A stretch of DNA of 37,333 bases from Welwitschia mirabilis. Its lineage: Eukaryota. The notes under the pieces were generated by a model, which ran no database searches, was not told where the DNA came from, and was given only the letters and a program-made list of their open reading frames with translations. Made by a program: the position numbers and the translations under genes. The stretch is from the NCBI GenBank assembly GCA_051453625.1, contig JBOZIK010000001.1, forward strand, positions 6,798,027 to 6,835,359, read 5' to 3'. Below, one piece after another: positions 22,778-37,100 of the stretch (position 1 is its first letter; each line of letters starts with the position of its first letter).

Positions 22778-25700
22778 TTGGAAAAAGCTTTTCATACTAA
22801 CTTTAAAAAGTTAAATAAATCTTGATATCTGTAATAAAGTAAGTTACATTAACTAATGNNNNNNNNNNNNNNNNNNNNNNNNNNNNNNNNNNNNNNNNNN
22901 NNNNNNNNNNNNNNNNNNNNNNNNNNNNNNNNNNNNNNNNNNNNNNNNNNNNNNNNNNCTCATAAGTCTTTAGGCTACCTATGAGTTTAACTTGCAAGAG
23001 CAACAAGTGCTCTGATACCACATGTAAGGATGACAAGTGCTTTGATATCCAATGTAAAGATGTACTAAGAAAAAAAAATGAGCAAGACCAAGTAAAGTAG
23101 ATTTCAAAAAAATAGATATTATCTTTCCTTCCTTTATTTTGACATTAAAGTTTGATTTTATAGGGAAGCATGCCTAATTACGTTTTCACTATGTTTTTCA
23201 CTTTTCCTAAGTGTAGTATTACTATGTGGCTTATTAGTGTCCTAGCAATTCCCCCTTTAACATGGGAATACACTTTCTTCTATGGAAACTAGAGTGCTTA
23301 AAAAGAAAACCTTAAAAATGTGACCTACAATAAAATCTCTTAAAAAGTAGTTGCTGTTCGAGGGAACTACTTCACAGAGAAGTAGTTAGTTAAAATTTTA
23401 CTACACATCCTGTAATAATAGGACTCATGCATTACACATCCTATAATGCTAAGAAAATTTGTACTACACATCTTGTAGCACTAGGAAAAGTTCCACTACA
23501 CATCTTATAGTACGAGGCTTGGAAAAAGCTTTTCATACTAACTCTAAAAAGTTAAATAAATCTTGATATCTATAATAAAGTAAGTTACATTAACTCATGA
23601 TCAATCTTATTTTGGATTAAAGGTTCTAAAACTTTTCTCGACCAAGTGGTTTTATTTGAGTATTAGTTGTTAGTTCTATGGTCGGATGATGTACTACACT
23701 AATACCTTCAGGATATATAAGTTCTTTAATTTTATAGACCAACTCCCATGTACCATTTTCTAAAAGCACATAGTATTCTTCTTTCATGACTTGAACTAAA
23801 GGATCATGAAGAATAGTGTCTTTAAAAGAGGTTGGTTCTCCATGAAAATTGAGATGAAGCTCATCATGAACATTAAAGGATGGATAAGAGCTCTACTTAA
23901 GTTTTAGTTTTTACTTTTTCATCATCACAANNNNNNNNNNNNNNNNNNNNNNNNNNNNNNNNNNNNNNNNNNNNNNNNNNNNNNNNNNNNNNNNNNNNNN
24001 NNNNNNNNNNNNNNNNNNNNNNNNNNNNNNATTAGTTGTTAGTTCTATGGTCGGATGATGTACTAGAGTAATAACTTCAAGATATATAAGTTCTTTAATT
24101 TTATAGACCAACTCCCATGTACCATTTTCTACAAGCACATAGTATTCTTCTTTAATGACTTGAACTAAAGAATCATGGAGAATAGTGTCTTTAAAAGAGG
24201 TTGGTTCCCCATGAAAATTGAAATGAAGCTCATCATGGTCATTAAAGGATGGATAAGAGCTCTACTAAGTTTTAGTTTTTACGTTTTCATCATTACAAAC
24301 ATCTTATAGAGTAGGTTCTAGCTAAGTACTTTATTTTCTTCTTTAGGAGATATTATCATTCTTATTAAAATAATCTAATGAGCTTTTGCTAGAACCATAT
24401 TCATATGTGTTAAGCATACAAAGTAGCCCAATTCCTCCAGGTTGTATTGTGGACAAATCATTCTAGTTGAAAGTAATTAAGAAGTTATAACTGGTGGAAA
24501 CATATCTCTACTTAACTATAAGACATTAAGCATCTAAAATTTGCATAGAATGAGAGGAAGGACATATCTAGGAAAGATCAAGCTAAGATATGTTCTATGA
24601 GGTTTTAAAAAAAATAACATCGTGAGAAATAATGATCTTATGATGCTTAAGAATGTACACATGATATCCTTTTTGGCCAATTGGATATCCCATAAAAATG
24701 ATGAGCATAAGCATATGCACTAAGCTTGACATAATGTTTGGTAGGAATCTAGACATAGCACTTACATCTAAAGACTCAAAGATAGTTTAGAGAAGGCTTG
24801 TATCCATTCCATTTTTCAGTAGGAAAACTACCATTTTTAGAATCATAGCCACTATAACTATTGAAATAGACTATGGTGATAACATATTCATCTTATAAGT
24901 AGGACCTGCATCCATTAAAGTACATCATTGAATGTGTCATATCCATGATGGTCCAATTAAAGCATCCAGTGATGCCATCTCATTGAGATGTTCTTAGGCA
25001 TGTCTTTATATGATGAATTCCTTCTGAAGAAAGAAAGNNNNNNNNNNTGCATTTTATTGATGTGCATTCTCCGCCATTGTCAGAATGAAAATATTTAAGC
25101 TTTTTACCAGTTTTCATTTCCAATTTTGCTTTGAAAATGTTTAAAATAAGATATTTGAATCCCATAAAATATACCCAAGTCATACGCAAAAAAAACCATC
25201 TATAAAGGATACGAAGTAGCAATAGCTTGAAGTGTAGTGACTGGAATAGGATCATATAAATTATTGTGAGTGAGCAAAATCTTTCGATTGACATGCTACT
25301 TACTAGGAGAAAAGTGTTGTCTTATTGTTTTACCCATTATACATGATTTGCATTGAGTAAAAATCATGTGGAATAGAGGACAGATGCTGATGTCCATTCT
25401 CACGTATTGCATTTCAAGAAGAGGAGTAGGATGATCCAAGCAAGCATGTCACAAAAGCAATGGGGAAATTTCTTCATGTGAAAATGGCATGCAATTTTAT
25501 GCATATTAATACGTCCTTAAAATGCATCATTTTCCCATCCATGCAATCCTTTATGAGATTCTAAAAAGTATTAAAAATTTCGATTGAATCCTTCTCATAG
25601 ATATAGAGTGATTTTCTTTGACTAATGTGGAAAGAGAAAGAGAAGATAAGACCTCAAATGGGAAACATACAGATTATGAGATAGCATTCACTATGAGAGA

Positions 25701-27799
25701 GAAGGTAACTAAATAAGTAACTCTACGATGACCTTCCACAAGAATTAGAATTCTATCTACTAAATGCACTTAATTATGCTATACTATGAAGCTGTCAAAA
25801 TAGTCATGCATATATTTCATATGCTTGGTTTCATCAATATCTAGATTCCAGGATTTATCATGAGGTATGTTTCCCCTTATNNNNNNNNNNNNNNNNNNNN
25901 NNNNNNNNNNNNNNNNNNNNNNNNNNNNNNNNNNNNNNNNNNNNNNNNNNNNNNNNNNNNNNNNNNNNNNNNNNNNNNNNCATTGTCAGAATGAAAATCT
26001 TTAAGCTTTTTACCAGTTTTCATTTCCAATTTTGCTTTGAAAATGTTTAAAATAAGATATTTTAATCCCATAAAATATACCAAAGTCATACGCAAAAAAT
26101 CCATCTATAAAGGATATAAAGTAGCAATAGCTTGAAGTGTAGTGACTGGAATAGGACCATATAAATTACTGTGAATGAGAAAAATCTTTCTATTAACATG
26201 CTACTTACTAGGAGAAAAGTGTTATCTTATTGTTTTACCCATTATACATGCTTTGCATTGAGTAAAAATCTTGTGGAATAGAGGACAAAAGCTGATGTCC
26301 ATTCTCACGTATTGCATTTCAAGAAGAGGAGTAGGATGATCCATGCAAGCATGCCACAAAAGCAATGGGGAAATTTCTTCATGTAAAAATGGCATGCAAT
26401 TTTATGCATATTAATACATCCTTAAAATGCATCATTTTCCCATCCATGTAGTCGTTTATGAGATTCTAAAAAGTATTAAAAATTTTGATTGAATCCTTCT
26501 CATAGATATAGAGTGATTTTCTTTGACTATTGTGGAAAGAGAAAGAGAAGATAAGACCTCAAAGGGGAAACATAGAGATTATGAGATAGTATTCACTATG
26601 AGAGAGAAGGTAACTAAATAAGTAACTCTATAATGAACTTTCACAAGAATTAGAGTTCTATCTACTAAATACACTTAATTAGGCTATACTATGAAGCTGT
26701 CAAAATAGTCATGCGTATATGTCATATGCTTGGTTTCATCAATATCTAGATTCCAGGATTTATCATGAGGTATGTTTCCCCTTATACATACAAAATCATG
26801 ACTTTAAAACATAACATTAGATTCATAGAATTCAACATTATTTAGAGAATCATAATCATCAGTGATTATGTTTTCCTTAAGAGTATATTTGATTTTATTC
26901 TAAGAAATCCTATAATAATTTGTGGTATGACCTTGTCTTTCACGTCACAAACACTGATATGTAGTCTTATTTAGATTGGTATTATTATAATATTATTTCT
27001 TCTTTGGCTGAGACTAAGGGTATTGATGAGGTGAACATGCTTGCTATTTCTAAGAAGCTTTAGCCTTCTCAAGGTGTTTGACATTAGAAGCATATTTACT
27101 TGTAGACTGTTTGCTAGAGTGAGAACCAAAATGTAACTTCAGAGGATGAGGTATTACTAAAATTGAAGTATGCTTCAATAGCTATAAGATACTTACTGAG
27201 TGTGTTAAAATTCATTTGTGATAGTTACCAAATACCATATAGTAGCATGATGTAGCTATGTAAAGATAAATCCTTAGAACAGCATCCACCTAAGGTAACG
27301 TAATGTATGCATACTCGGTTCTGTGGGTTAATGTCAACAACCTTCATCTTGATATCAATCATCTATTCAATAAACTATTGCATCTTTTCTTTTTTATAAT
27401 GTAAGTTATTCATGCTTATGATAAGGTTTATGAGTTACAAATCATTCTTTTAGCAGAATGTATCTCGTAAGGTGATGAAGTTGGTATAGTTGATCTTACT
27501 ATAATATACCAACTTCTTATGCTGAAGCCACAAATTTTCCTAGTCTCTATCAACTTATTATTAATGGGATTTCAAGTATATTATTCCTAAAAATGTTGAA
27601 GACTATGTTAAAACCATATATGCACATGATGGACATGAAATATTCATATCAATCTCTCCAACTCTAATCACCTGAAGAGTGACTCCAATAAATGCCATGA
27701 TTCCAATTGTCAAAGCTAGTGTGAATGAGTTTAATAACATCTGAAACTTGCCCTTTGAGGTTGCCATAGTTGATATAAGTTGAAGAGGATATGATAACT

Positions 27800-28090
27800 T
27801 ATGAGGTATAGTTGATTCTCAAGGGGGTTTTCCTTACATCCACAATTAAATAATGGATCTATCCTTTACAAAAAGAATTCTTATTAACTTGAAAAGAGAA
27901 AGTAATAATAGAATGAATGAAATGATATAGTTTATTTGACATAGGATCTTTCTTACATCCACAAGTTCAAAAAAAATCTATCTAAATCACGACGACACAA
28001 TAAAAAATGGAGAAAAAGGAGTCATGATAAATAGATATAGTTAATTCAAAAGCAATCTTACTCACATCCACAAGTCAAATGATCTATCGA
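27800..28090 (-). repeat. Three diverged 110-120 bp leader repeats upstream of copy B gag
   Basis: cttacatccacaa at 27833 and 27952, ctcacatccacaa at 28061. Each is preceded by tatagtt and followed by atctatc. Confidence 0.7.
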
Positions 28091-29599
28091 ATCCACAAAT
28101 GTTTGACAAAGAAAGTAACTAATCCTTAACGATTATATAAAGACAAGGAAAGACATAGTAAATTTGTTAAAAACTCTTTATGTGAACATGGTAAATTTTA
28201 ATACAAGAGGCCTAAATAATTAGATGATTAAGTGAAAGATTTATTAATTTTAGGTCTTATCCCCAACTTGGGTAGTAATCATGTCCTCTCCAAGGGTGGG
28301 ATCCTTGTTTCCAAAAGGAGTAAGAACATAAAGTGTAAATCATGTCGATGAGGCATCCAAATCATTGGTTAGTTTTAGTTATCTCAGCTATGTATTCCTC
28401 TTAAGGGAGAGATAATTCAATGTTGGTGACCTAATTATTCCTTAGACTCAATAAATTTTAATTTTCTTACACTTATGCCTTCCTATCAGCTTGGAAATGA
28501 AATCCAAATAGATTCTACCACTATGCCTCTAGTCTTCATCACATACACCCTCAATTACCAAGTTATGCATGGAAATCTAGACCTCAGGATGCCTGGGACA
28601 TTTCTATTTAAGAGAGATATGGCTCTCCGTATGACCTAAATTATGCAGTTATGGTACTTAAAACTACACAACAAGCTTAGAGGGTGGCATAGCCTAATAC
28701 AGATCAATTTCTATGTAAGGCTTCCCATGCCTATNNNNNNNNNNNNNNNNNNNNNNNNNNNNNNNNNNNNNNNNNNNNNNNNNNNNNNNNNNNNNNNNNN
28801 NNNNNNNNNNNNNNNNNNNNNNNNNNNNNNNNNNTTTTCTTACACTTATGCCTTCCTATCAGCTTGGAAATGAAATCCAAATATGCCTCTAGTCTTCATC
28901 ACATACACCCTTAATTACCAAGTTATGCATGGAAATCTAGACCTCAAGATGCCTGGGACATTTCTATTTAAGAGAGATATGGCTCTCCGTATGACCTAAA
29001 CTATGCAGTTATGGTACTTAAAACTATAAAACAAGCTTAGAGGGTGGCATAGCCTAATACAGATCGATGTCTCTGTAAGGCTTCCCATGCATATTACCAA
29101 CCAATGTTAAACCTTAAGGAAAAAAAAATGTTTTTAAGTGTGACATTAAGTGTAAAGAGAACTAAATATCCAAAAAAAAAAAAAGGGAGGGACTTGGTTT
29201 TGGTATAATCAAGTTAGGTAAATCTTTTTCAACATCTTAACTCAACTTGATCTATTCAAATTACAAGTGAAAATAGGTGTTAGCGAAAAAGTTAATTCAT
29301 GTAGATCTTGCTTCACATTCTAACTTGACTTAATGCAACGAAAATGGACTTTTAATGGCTTACAAATATTAAAAATGCCCAAAAAATCAAAATAGTGTAA
29401 AAAACTTTAAAATGTTGCATGTGTGCCTAAAAGAGATAAATGCTTAGCATAAATTACATGTTAATTGGGTTAATACAATTGGCTAACATAAAATAATAGA
29501 AAAAATGCATCTATGCAAAATGCGTCCTTGATCGCATAACATTACTTCTTTATGCACAAGATCACTCATTAGGTTAGGCTTAATCAAATGGAGGTTGGT

Positions 29600-32500
29600 T
29601 GTTGATGCATGTTGCATGCATGAGAAGTGATAAGTCTAGAGCTTATAGTGCATTCAACATGAATAGCAAGGCATGAAGGCACTGAGAAAAGTGTAAATAT
29701 TAGGGTGTTTATTAGGAAGAAAACTTGCTACATAAAAAAGAGGTGACATGTTGATAGATGGATGGCTTGTGATTCGGTGCACTAAGATTTGCTATATTAA
29801 GATTTTTTATCAACATCACTATTAGGGTTTTCTTGTAATTATAAAATGCAATTAGCAAAATGTAAAGAATAAACATGTCCAAGGCTCAATGACAAAATGC
29901 CTCAATGATCAGACACAATTTTGAGTACATATCATTCGATAAGCTTCATTACAGGACACAAAATCATGGCTTTTTGCAGCCACTCTGAAGATGCCCATAA
30001 ACTTCAAAGGCTTAAGACATGATCCCAATACAAAAATGTTCTAGTAGTAAGGTAGAACGTGACTATAAATTTGATGAGAGGATCTACATAGCAAGCGTCA
30101 ATTAAGAGCTTCTTAAAGAGGGCATAGTGAAGTTCTCAGTATTGTTTGCTTCACTGAGTTACTTACCCACATTACTAGTAGTAAGCATTCGCTAACTTGA
30201 ACATTATTATTGAAGCTGCAACATCTCCTACAAAATCCCTGGAGGAACACGTCCTCTAATATCACCACTAAGCATACGGTGGATGATTATCAACATGTAA
30301 AAATTATCATTTATCTCAAGTATTTTAGACCAATATAATCGTAACTCAAGACGTTGATTTAACTATTTTAATTATAAAAACATGTATTCTATTCTTTTTA
30401 ATTCCATACTTAATTTTATACTTTTTTTCATAACATTTCTAGGTCTTTAGCCACATTTTGGAGTACATATTGGAAGATGAACTGAATTTTACACAAAACG
30501 ATGATGGCACCACTGACGTGTGGTTGTAGCATCAGTTGGTGAAGGAATCCTACTCCAAAATCCACATGTTGGATTCATTATAACAATCTGCATTATTTTT
30601 AGCTTTAAACCATGATAGTTACAACATTTGAATATTCTGTATGAAAATGAAAAACACTAAAAGATGGAATCCCAATCCCCCATCAAACACTAGAAGACAA
30701 AACTCCAACCATTCCAATCTTAGATTTTATTATAAAAGGGCCTAGCATCTTACTTTATAGTCATTCATGCTTAGAAAGAGCCGATACCATTATACTTCAT
30801 GCTAAGGTTGATGCATTCTATCTTCTACACTATTCATAAAGATGGGCTAGCCCTTAAGGCTAGCATAACATTTTAATTGTGGCTTGATGTTTACTGATTA
30901 TGTGATGTAGTTTTTCTCTATTTCATCTAACAAAATAATATTATTCTTTGGTGTAGTTTGCTTTAGTCTTTTGAATTCAACTATGGCTTGCGACATACCT
31001 TTAATTCTTTTAATAAGTCAAAGAAATGATAGTTCATTCTTTTGTGTAATATTTTTTGATAGTAAGTGTGGATGTTTTTACATACTTGTTATGCTTGAGT
31101 TTGTATTGAAGTATGTCGATCCTTTCAAATTATTATTGAAATATATCTTTATGTTTTCATCTTAATTTATAGTTTCAATTGATGTTTAATGACCTTTGAA
31201 AATTTTACCTACTTATTATATGTATACAGATATGCTATGAAAGCTTAGATAACTTAAGGTCTTCGCCACCACTCATATGATGAATGAGATTATGTTACCA
31301 TGATCAAGTTTAACAAAGCTTAATATTTTTGATTTAACAATAGAGCAAATGTATTTTTAGCATAAAAACTTTTGGCATTGTTGTTATGTTCATGCTAAAT
31401 CCCAAGACTTAATACTTCATTTTCTAACTTTAGCTTGTGATCTTCTTAAACATTTATTTTCGTTTGTGTTCTATTTTCCCAAAAATCTTTTTTCATTACG
31501 TTTGGTTTTGTACTTACTTTAGAGTACTTTATGACATCTATCCCTAAGGAAGGACACTGATACTATACTACAAATGGTAATCCTAGTTTTCATTTGGTCA
31601 AAGTTTGTATGTGCCTTCATCATATTTATGTCCTAGGATGATCTTTTATTACTAAGACTTAATATTAGGATACAAGCATATCCATATTTTCACCATGAAT
31701 TAGCTTTTTGGTGCCATTACTAGAATAATGGCATGGTAGCTATAATGGAGCATGTAAAAAATTTTTTTTTTTCTTGCATCTTATATTTTAGTGTTTTTCA
31801 TTTTTTTCTACACTCTTTAGTGTGTGGTACTGATCTCATTCCAATATTATCCTAACTGGTCCTCGTTCTTAGTTTTTTTAAAGTTTGTGTTATTCTTTGT
31901 AGCTCTAACGAAGAATATCATTGCTATGCTAATCTCTTTGTACAAGGCTAATTTGTTTTTGTAGTCTTTTTCTTGCCTAATTTCTCTCAAACCATGGCTA
32001 GAGTGATGAAAAAATTGAAAAATTAAAGGAAAATTGAAAACAATTAAACATAGAAGAAATCTCAAACCCTCTCTTTTCTTTCTGTAATTTTCAATAGTGC
32101 ACTTTATTTTTAGTGTTTGCATTGCATATAGGATTAAATTTTTTATTTGTTTTTACTTTTTTACATTTTCATTTCTCTTGCATTTTTATAGGTTGCCAAT
32201 TTATCTTTACATTACCATTTTTATTTATGCCACTTATTTCCTATTGCTTTTTACAAAAATTATTTGGCATGGCCTTTGACATAATGTCTTTCTTTTCATA
32301 AACTATTTCTCACCAAATAATCCATGTTGTGAAAACCTAACTAATGCTGTTGACCTTTCTAAGAATCTAATCTTCAAATTTTTTAAAGTCGCTCACATTT
32401 TTCCTACCATCTAGTACCTACTAAATCCATCATTATTTAACATTATGGATTCTAAATTAGCCCTGATCATTCATAAAGTTTTCCAAATTTGCAATACAAT

Positions 32501-34100
32501 TATTTCTATTGGCTCTATTAAACTAATTTTAAAGCTAAAATGAAGCTTAATGTTGATCATGAAAATAAACTATTTTCTTTATCCTTCCTCTAAGATAATG
32601 AAATTTCTTCAACATCTAAGTACCCCTTCATGTGTAGCTCAACATCCTCATGATCATGAATTTAAAAATCCTTACTTTCTACATGAGGAATTTGATCCTA
32701 TGTTTTTCACCATCCCTTAAGACCCTTATTCCTCATTGCCTTGCCAATTTTCTTCATATTTTAATCTTTATTCTTCATTTTCTCATAAATACACTTTCTC
32801 TTCTCTTCCATATTCTTCATCTTCTAATTAATACCCTTCATTTTCCAATGCTCAACACTAATCTTCTTATTCCTTAGGAGATATCATTAAAAGATCCATG
32901 GAAGTTCAAAGGCAAGTGAACCAAAGGCTTAAGAAAAATATCTAATAGTTAAAAGATACCACTATTCAAATCCTTAATATAGTTAACCAACATGAAGAGG
33001 AAGATCTTCTTACATTCATTGAACCAAATCCTAGGAGCCTTGAAATACCAAAAAAGATTGATAATAGTCAAATTTATAATACCCAATTCATATCCTTTAG
33101 AAATGGGAAGAAAATCAATAATGACCTAGAAGATGAACAACATTAAAGGATGAGCAACCACTTGAGAAGAGTTATACAATGAATAGTGAGTCATTTAACA
33201 ACCATTATGAGAAGTAGAACATTAAAGGATACCTCATATGTGATCCATCATATATAGAACATTTGCCTCCTTCTTAACATTCTCATGAGCAAAATGTTTC
33301 TATTTTATCTTCATATTTTGAGAAAGATTTTGAGCTCTAATGAATAAGACAAACATTTAATAGAATTAGAGTCAGTTTTTGATGATCTTATCATGATTCT
33401 TATAATAAAAATTTAACTTGCCTAATGGTTTTGAATTTACCTTTATCTTCCACTTAAGATGATGTCTTGCAAGACTTGTTTAGAAAGCATAAGAAAGATA
33501 AAGAATGGACCCTCTTAAACCTTGGATGTATATAGACTTTACCTTTTGCTTGGTTGGTGTTCATAAACTCATATATGTGAATTTACATGGATAACCCATC
33601 AATTCATGACTCTTCATTTAACCTTAGACCTCATATCCTTGAGCCACATATCTTTTACATCCTTAAGCCTTTATCCATAAGATGCATTAGAAAACCCTAT
33701 TATAAAAAAAACATTTAGATTTTTTACGTAATTTTTGTTTAGATTTATCCTTTAGATTAGTTTTAAGATGGATAGGTTCATTCATACTAAACCTAATATC
33801 ACTTGATGATGTCCTTCGCATCGAACCACTCAAGCATTTCCACTTGTATAATTATCATCTTAAGCCCTTTCACATTGGTAATTCCGAATTCCACCCACAT
33901 CACCTAAGACACCATCATTGTCTTAAAACTTATCACCCATCTTTTCCATTATAACTTTATTTTGTAAGTCTCACTAATTACCAGTCTCATCCATCTTACT
34001 ATGAGTTTATAAGACTTACTAATCTTGGATAGTACCTTTTTACATAAATAAAAGCAAGTGATCTTTTTTCATTCCAAGCTTTAGTTGAGATTAGGTGAAC
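29600..34100 (+). mobile_element. Decayed Athila-like Gypsy derivative, unit 1 (long LTR to ~31702, PBS 31705-31723, leader, gag C-terminal remnant)
   Basis: tttttggtgccattactag differs from the Athila-type PBS tttttggcgccgttgccgg only by transitions. LTR-end-like ccctaaggaaggacac..tactatactac at ~31542. LLTFIEPNPRS..ISFRNGKKI (~33005-33117) resembles the Athila gag LPSxxExNP..LRSGK motif. Outer boundaries approximate. Confidence 0.55.
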
Positions 34101-34129
34101 TTGTGCTTTTTATTTACATGTCAAAATTG

Positions 34130-37100
34130 ACATCCTAAGTGAGTATAATAACAACACCTAACACAATTATGAATAAGCCCCTCCAAGCCTTCCCTCCTCT
34201 ATAGAAGGGCCTTAAGTACCCATTATAAACATTCTTTAGTTGGCTTAACATGGGAAAGATTTGGAAGTTAGGGAAAGGAATGATTCAAGGATAGCTGAGG
34301 AGTATTTCTGCTTCACCACTTTTTCCAATTGATGTAATGTATATCTATTTTGATTTTAATAAAATAATTTATTTGAATCCTTTATTTGTTAATGCATAAA
34401 CTCATTTATTATTAGTAATATTTAACTAGGACTAGTTCTAGAATTAGTTTTAATCCTTTCATTATTATTGCACAATTCATTTAGCATTAGCAATATTTAG
34501 GTAAGACTAATTCTTAAGTAGGTATCTTCCTTTTATTGTTATTGCATAATTAGCTTGGCATTGGTAATTTTTAGGTGGAGCTTACTTGATTGTTAAGCTT
34601 AGGATATAGAAATCATTGGAGCAAAGGTGGAAAGTTGAATGAATCGAGTAGAATTTTGGAGAATTTTCATTCCTTCGCATCATCAATTGAATATAATTTC
34701 TTTCTCAAACCTTGATTTTTATTTTGTTTGAAATTTTCACTGCGTCTTATAATAATCATGCTCCTTGTAAAAGTTACCACATATATCCCTGTGGAAGATT
34801 GATTGTAAGTATAAACTCAAATAAATTTGGATCACTACAAAGCTACAATTAGATTTTAATGTGTTATTAGACATATTGGCACGGTAATTTTTTCAAGACT
34901 GCATGATTTTCTTCTTGCAATTTATTTAACTAGTTTTTATTTTTCTAGTGGTGATATTGGTCCTTCTTTCTAGTAATACTTGGATTGATCTTTTTCTCTT
35001 TGTTTTGTGTGTTTTCTTTTCCTTCTAGTGGTAGGTACTGATCCATTTCCAGTAAATCTTAAACTAGTCTAAATTGTTGAGTTTCGTTATCTAATTAACA
35101 TCTGAAATTCATTTCTTTAATATGTGATATTTTGTATTGCAGGTCTAATAACTTTCTTATAGGTGTAACTAAAGTCCAACATCATGAATTAAAAGAAAAG
35201 AAAACTTTAATAATTTGATTTGTGTTTATGAGTTTCTGTAAATTTTCTATAGATTTTTAGTTTTATTTTAATTTTTAATTCTATTTTAATTTTTAATTAT
35301 GTTAAAACTAAAAAATGTTTGATTTATTTTCTCAGGTTGCATTTTAATTAAGTTATAGATGTTTTAGGTTTTTGTTAAAAAATTCTCAAACTCTACAACC
35401 TAAAATCTATTGTATCAATCCAACAAATACTTTATATTTTTCTCCAACTATTTTGCTCATGTGAATCAGCGTCACTACCTTCCTTGACTGGTACCACTGG
35501 CTTTCCTGATCCAAGTGTCAGGAAACTTTGATTTAGACCTCTTTGAATTTTTTTAGCTTACAGAATTTATTTAAAACCATAAAAAATCAGAAAAGTGTGA
35601 ATCTTCTAGTCTAAACTGTAACTTGATTTCCAAAAATAGAAATGAGTTGGGCTTCTAATCTATTTTAGACACATTTTGATCTTCCACCTATTTACCCCTA
35701 TAGTTTCCAGAATTATGAATAACCCAAATGAATTGTAGAAAATTTTATTCAACTTAGATAGGCCGTTGAGGAGTATCTTCAATCCTACTTATACCTAGAT
35801 CAACCTTCATTCAACTATGAACTCCAAAATTAGTATATCCACCCATAAGAGTTTGATTCCCTGATTCTTTTACCCCTTACAATCCTTATCCTTCATCTTC
35901 CTTTGAATACCCTTCATCATTTAATCACCACTTATCATCTTCATATGTCTAAGAAACCACTTTACCTTCATTTGAATATACTTTCCAAAGATTTTAAGAA
36001 GGTTCCATTAAATATTCTTTTAATGCACTTGAATTCCACTCTTATTCTTTGGAGGAAACATCTAATAAAACTAGGGAAAACATTGACAAAATACTTTAAT
36101 AAATAGTCCAAACTAATGACCAAATCCTTAGAGCTCTTAACCATCATCAAGATGAAAAAAAAACTTCCTACATTTTATGAATAGAGAAGCTTAGAAAATT
36201 TTTAAGTGATTAATGAGACTAGAAGTGATAACACCAAAATCATATCCTTTAGGAATGAGGAAGAAAACCTTGAAGCAAACCATGAAGAAACCTATGAGGA
36301 AATCAAATAGTACCTTGAGTTTCAACATGCCTTATAGAGTGCATGATTAGATGCATCTAAATTATACTTTAGAGTAGGATTAGAGGTATATAAGGATGAT
36401 CATTCTATGGTAAGTGAGAAAACATTTAAAGGAGATGAAAAATTAGAATGTTACACAACAAAGGAAAAATCAATAGGCGATATTGATGAAGTAGAAAATG
36501 AACCTATCTTTGAACCATAACCTTTGTCATTTGCACAACCTCATGAAAAATAAAACTTTGAAAACTTTANNNNNNNNNNNNNNNNNNNNNNNNNNNNNNN
36601 NNNNNNNNNNNNNNNNNNNNNNNNNNNNNNNNNNNNNNNNNNNNNNNNNNNNNNNNNNNNNNNNNNNNNGTAGACGCTTAGAAAATTTTAAAGTGATTAA
36701 TGAGACTAGAAGTGATAACACCAAAATAATATCCTTTAGGAATAAGGAAGAAAACCTTAAAGCAAACCATGAAGAAACCTATGAGGAAATCAAAGAGGAC
36801 CTTGAGTTTCAACATGCCTTATAGAGTGCATGATTATATGCATCTAAATTATACTTTAGAGTAGGATTAGAGGTATATAATGATGATCATTCTATGGTAA
36901 GTAAGAAAACATTTGAAGGAGATGAAAAATTAGAATGTTACATAACAAAGGAAAAATCAATAGGCAATATTGATGAAATAGAAAATGAACCTACCTTTGA
37001 ACCATATGTACAACCTCATGAAAAAGAAAACTTTGAAAACTTTAATGAAGAAAAGAACATTAATCAAGAGCCATTACATGATCCACCATAAGAAGAGCCT

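Larger units (their letters stand above)
22321..28100 (-). mobile_element. Decayed Ty1/Copia element, copy B of the RT/RNase H-less family (length inflated by gap-flanking duplications)
   Basis: 3' LTR 22321-22506 (TGCTAGG...AGTACA) with PPT 22508-22517. RT start EPTSFKDT..MKEEYYVLLENGTWELV (~23735-23840), integrase TWVYFM..GKKLKYFHSDNGGEC (24980-25294), protease SWNLDIDETKHM (~26725-26760), decayed knuckle QCL*RERQGHT (~26925-26957). No 5' LTR found. Confidence 0.88.
992..37045. other. Assembly feature: twelve 100-N spacer gaps with duplicated flanks
   Basis: Gaps start at 1042, 4435, 5584, 8770, 9698, 19025, 21970, 22859, 23931, 25881, 28735 and 36570. In each case the sequence after the gap repeats the sequence before it (from ~9 bp to ~800 bp). 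Confidence 0.92.

Noticed and set aside
34175..34290. Possible miRNA hairpin (pyrimidine-rich arm followed by purine-rich arm)
   Set aside because: Pairing is poor, there is no match to a miRNA family I recognise, and it lies in probable LTR sequence.
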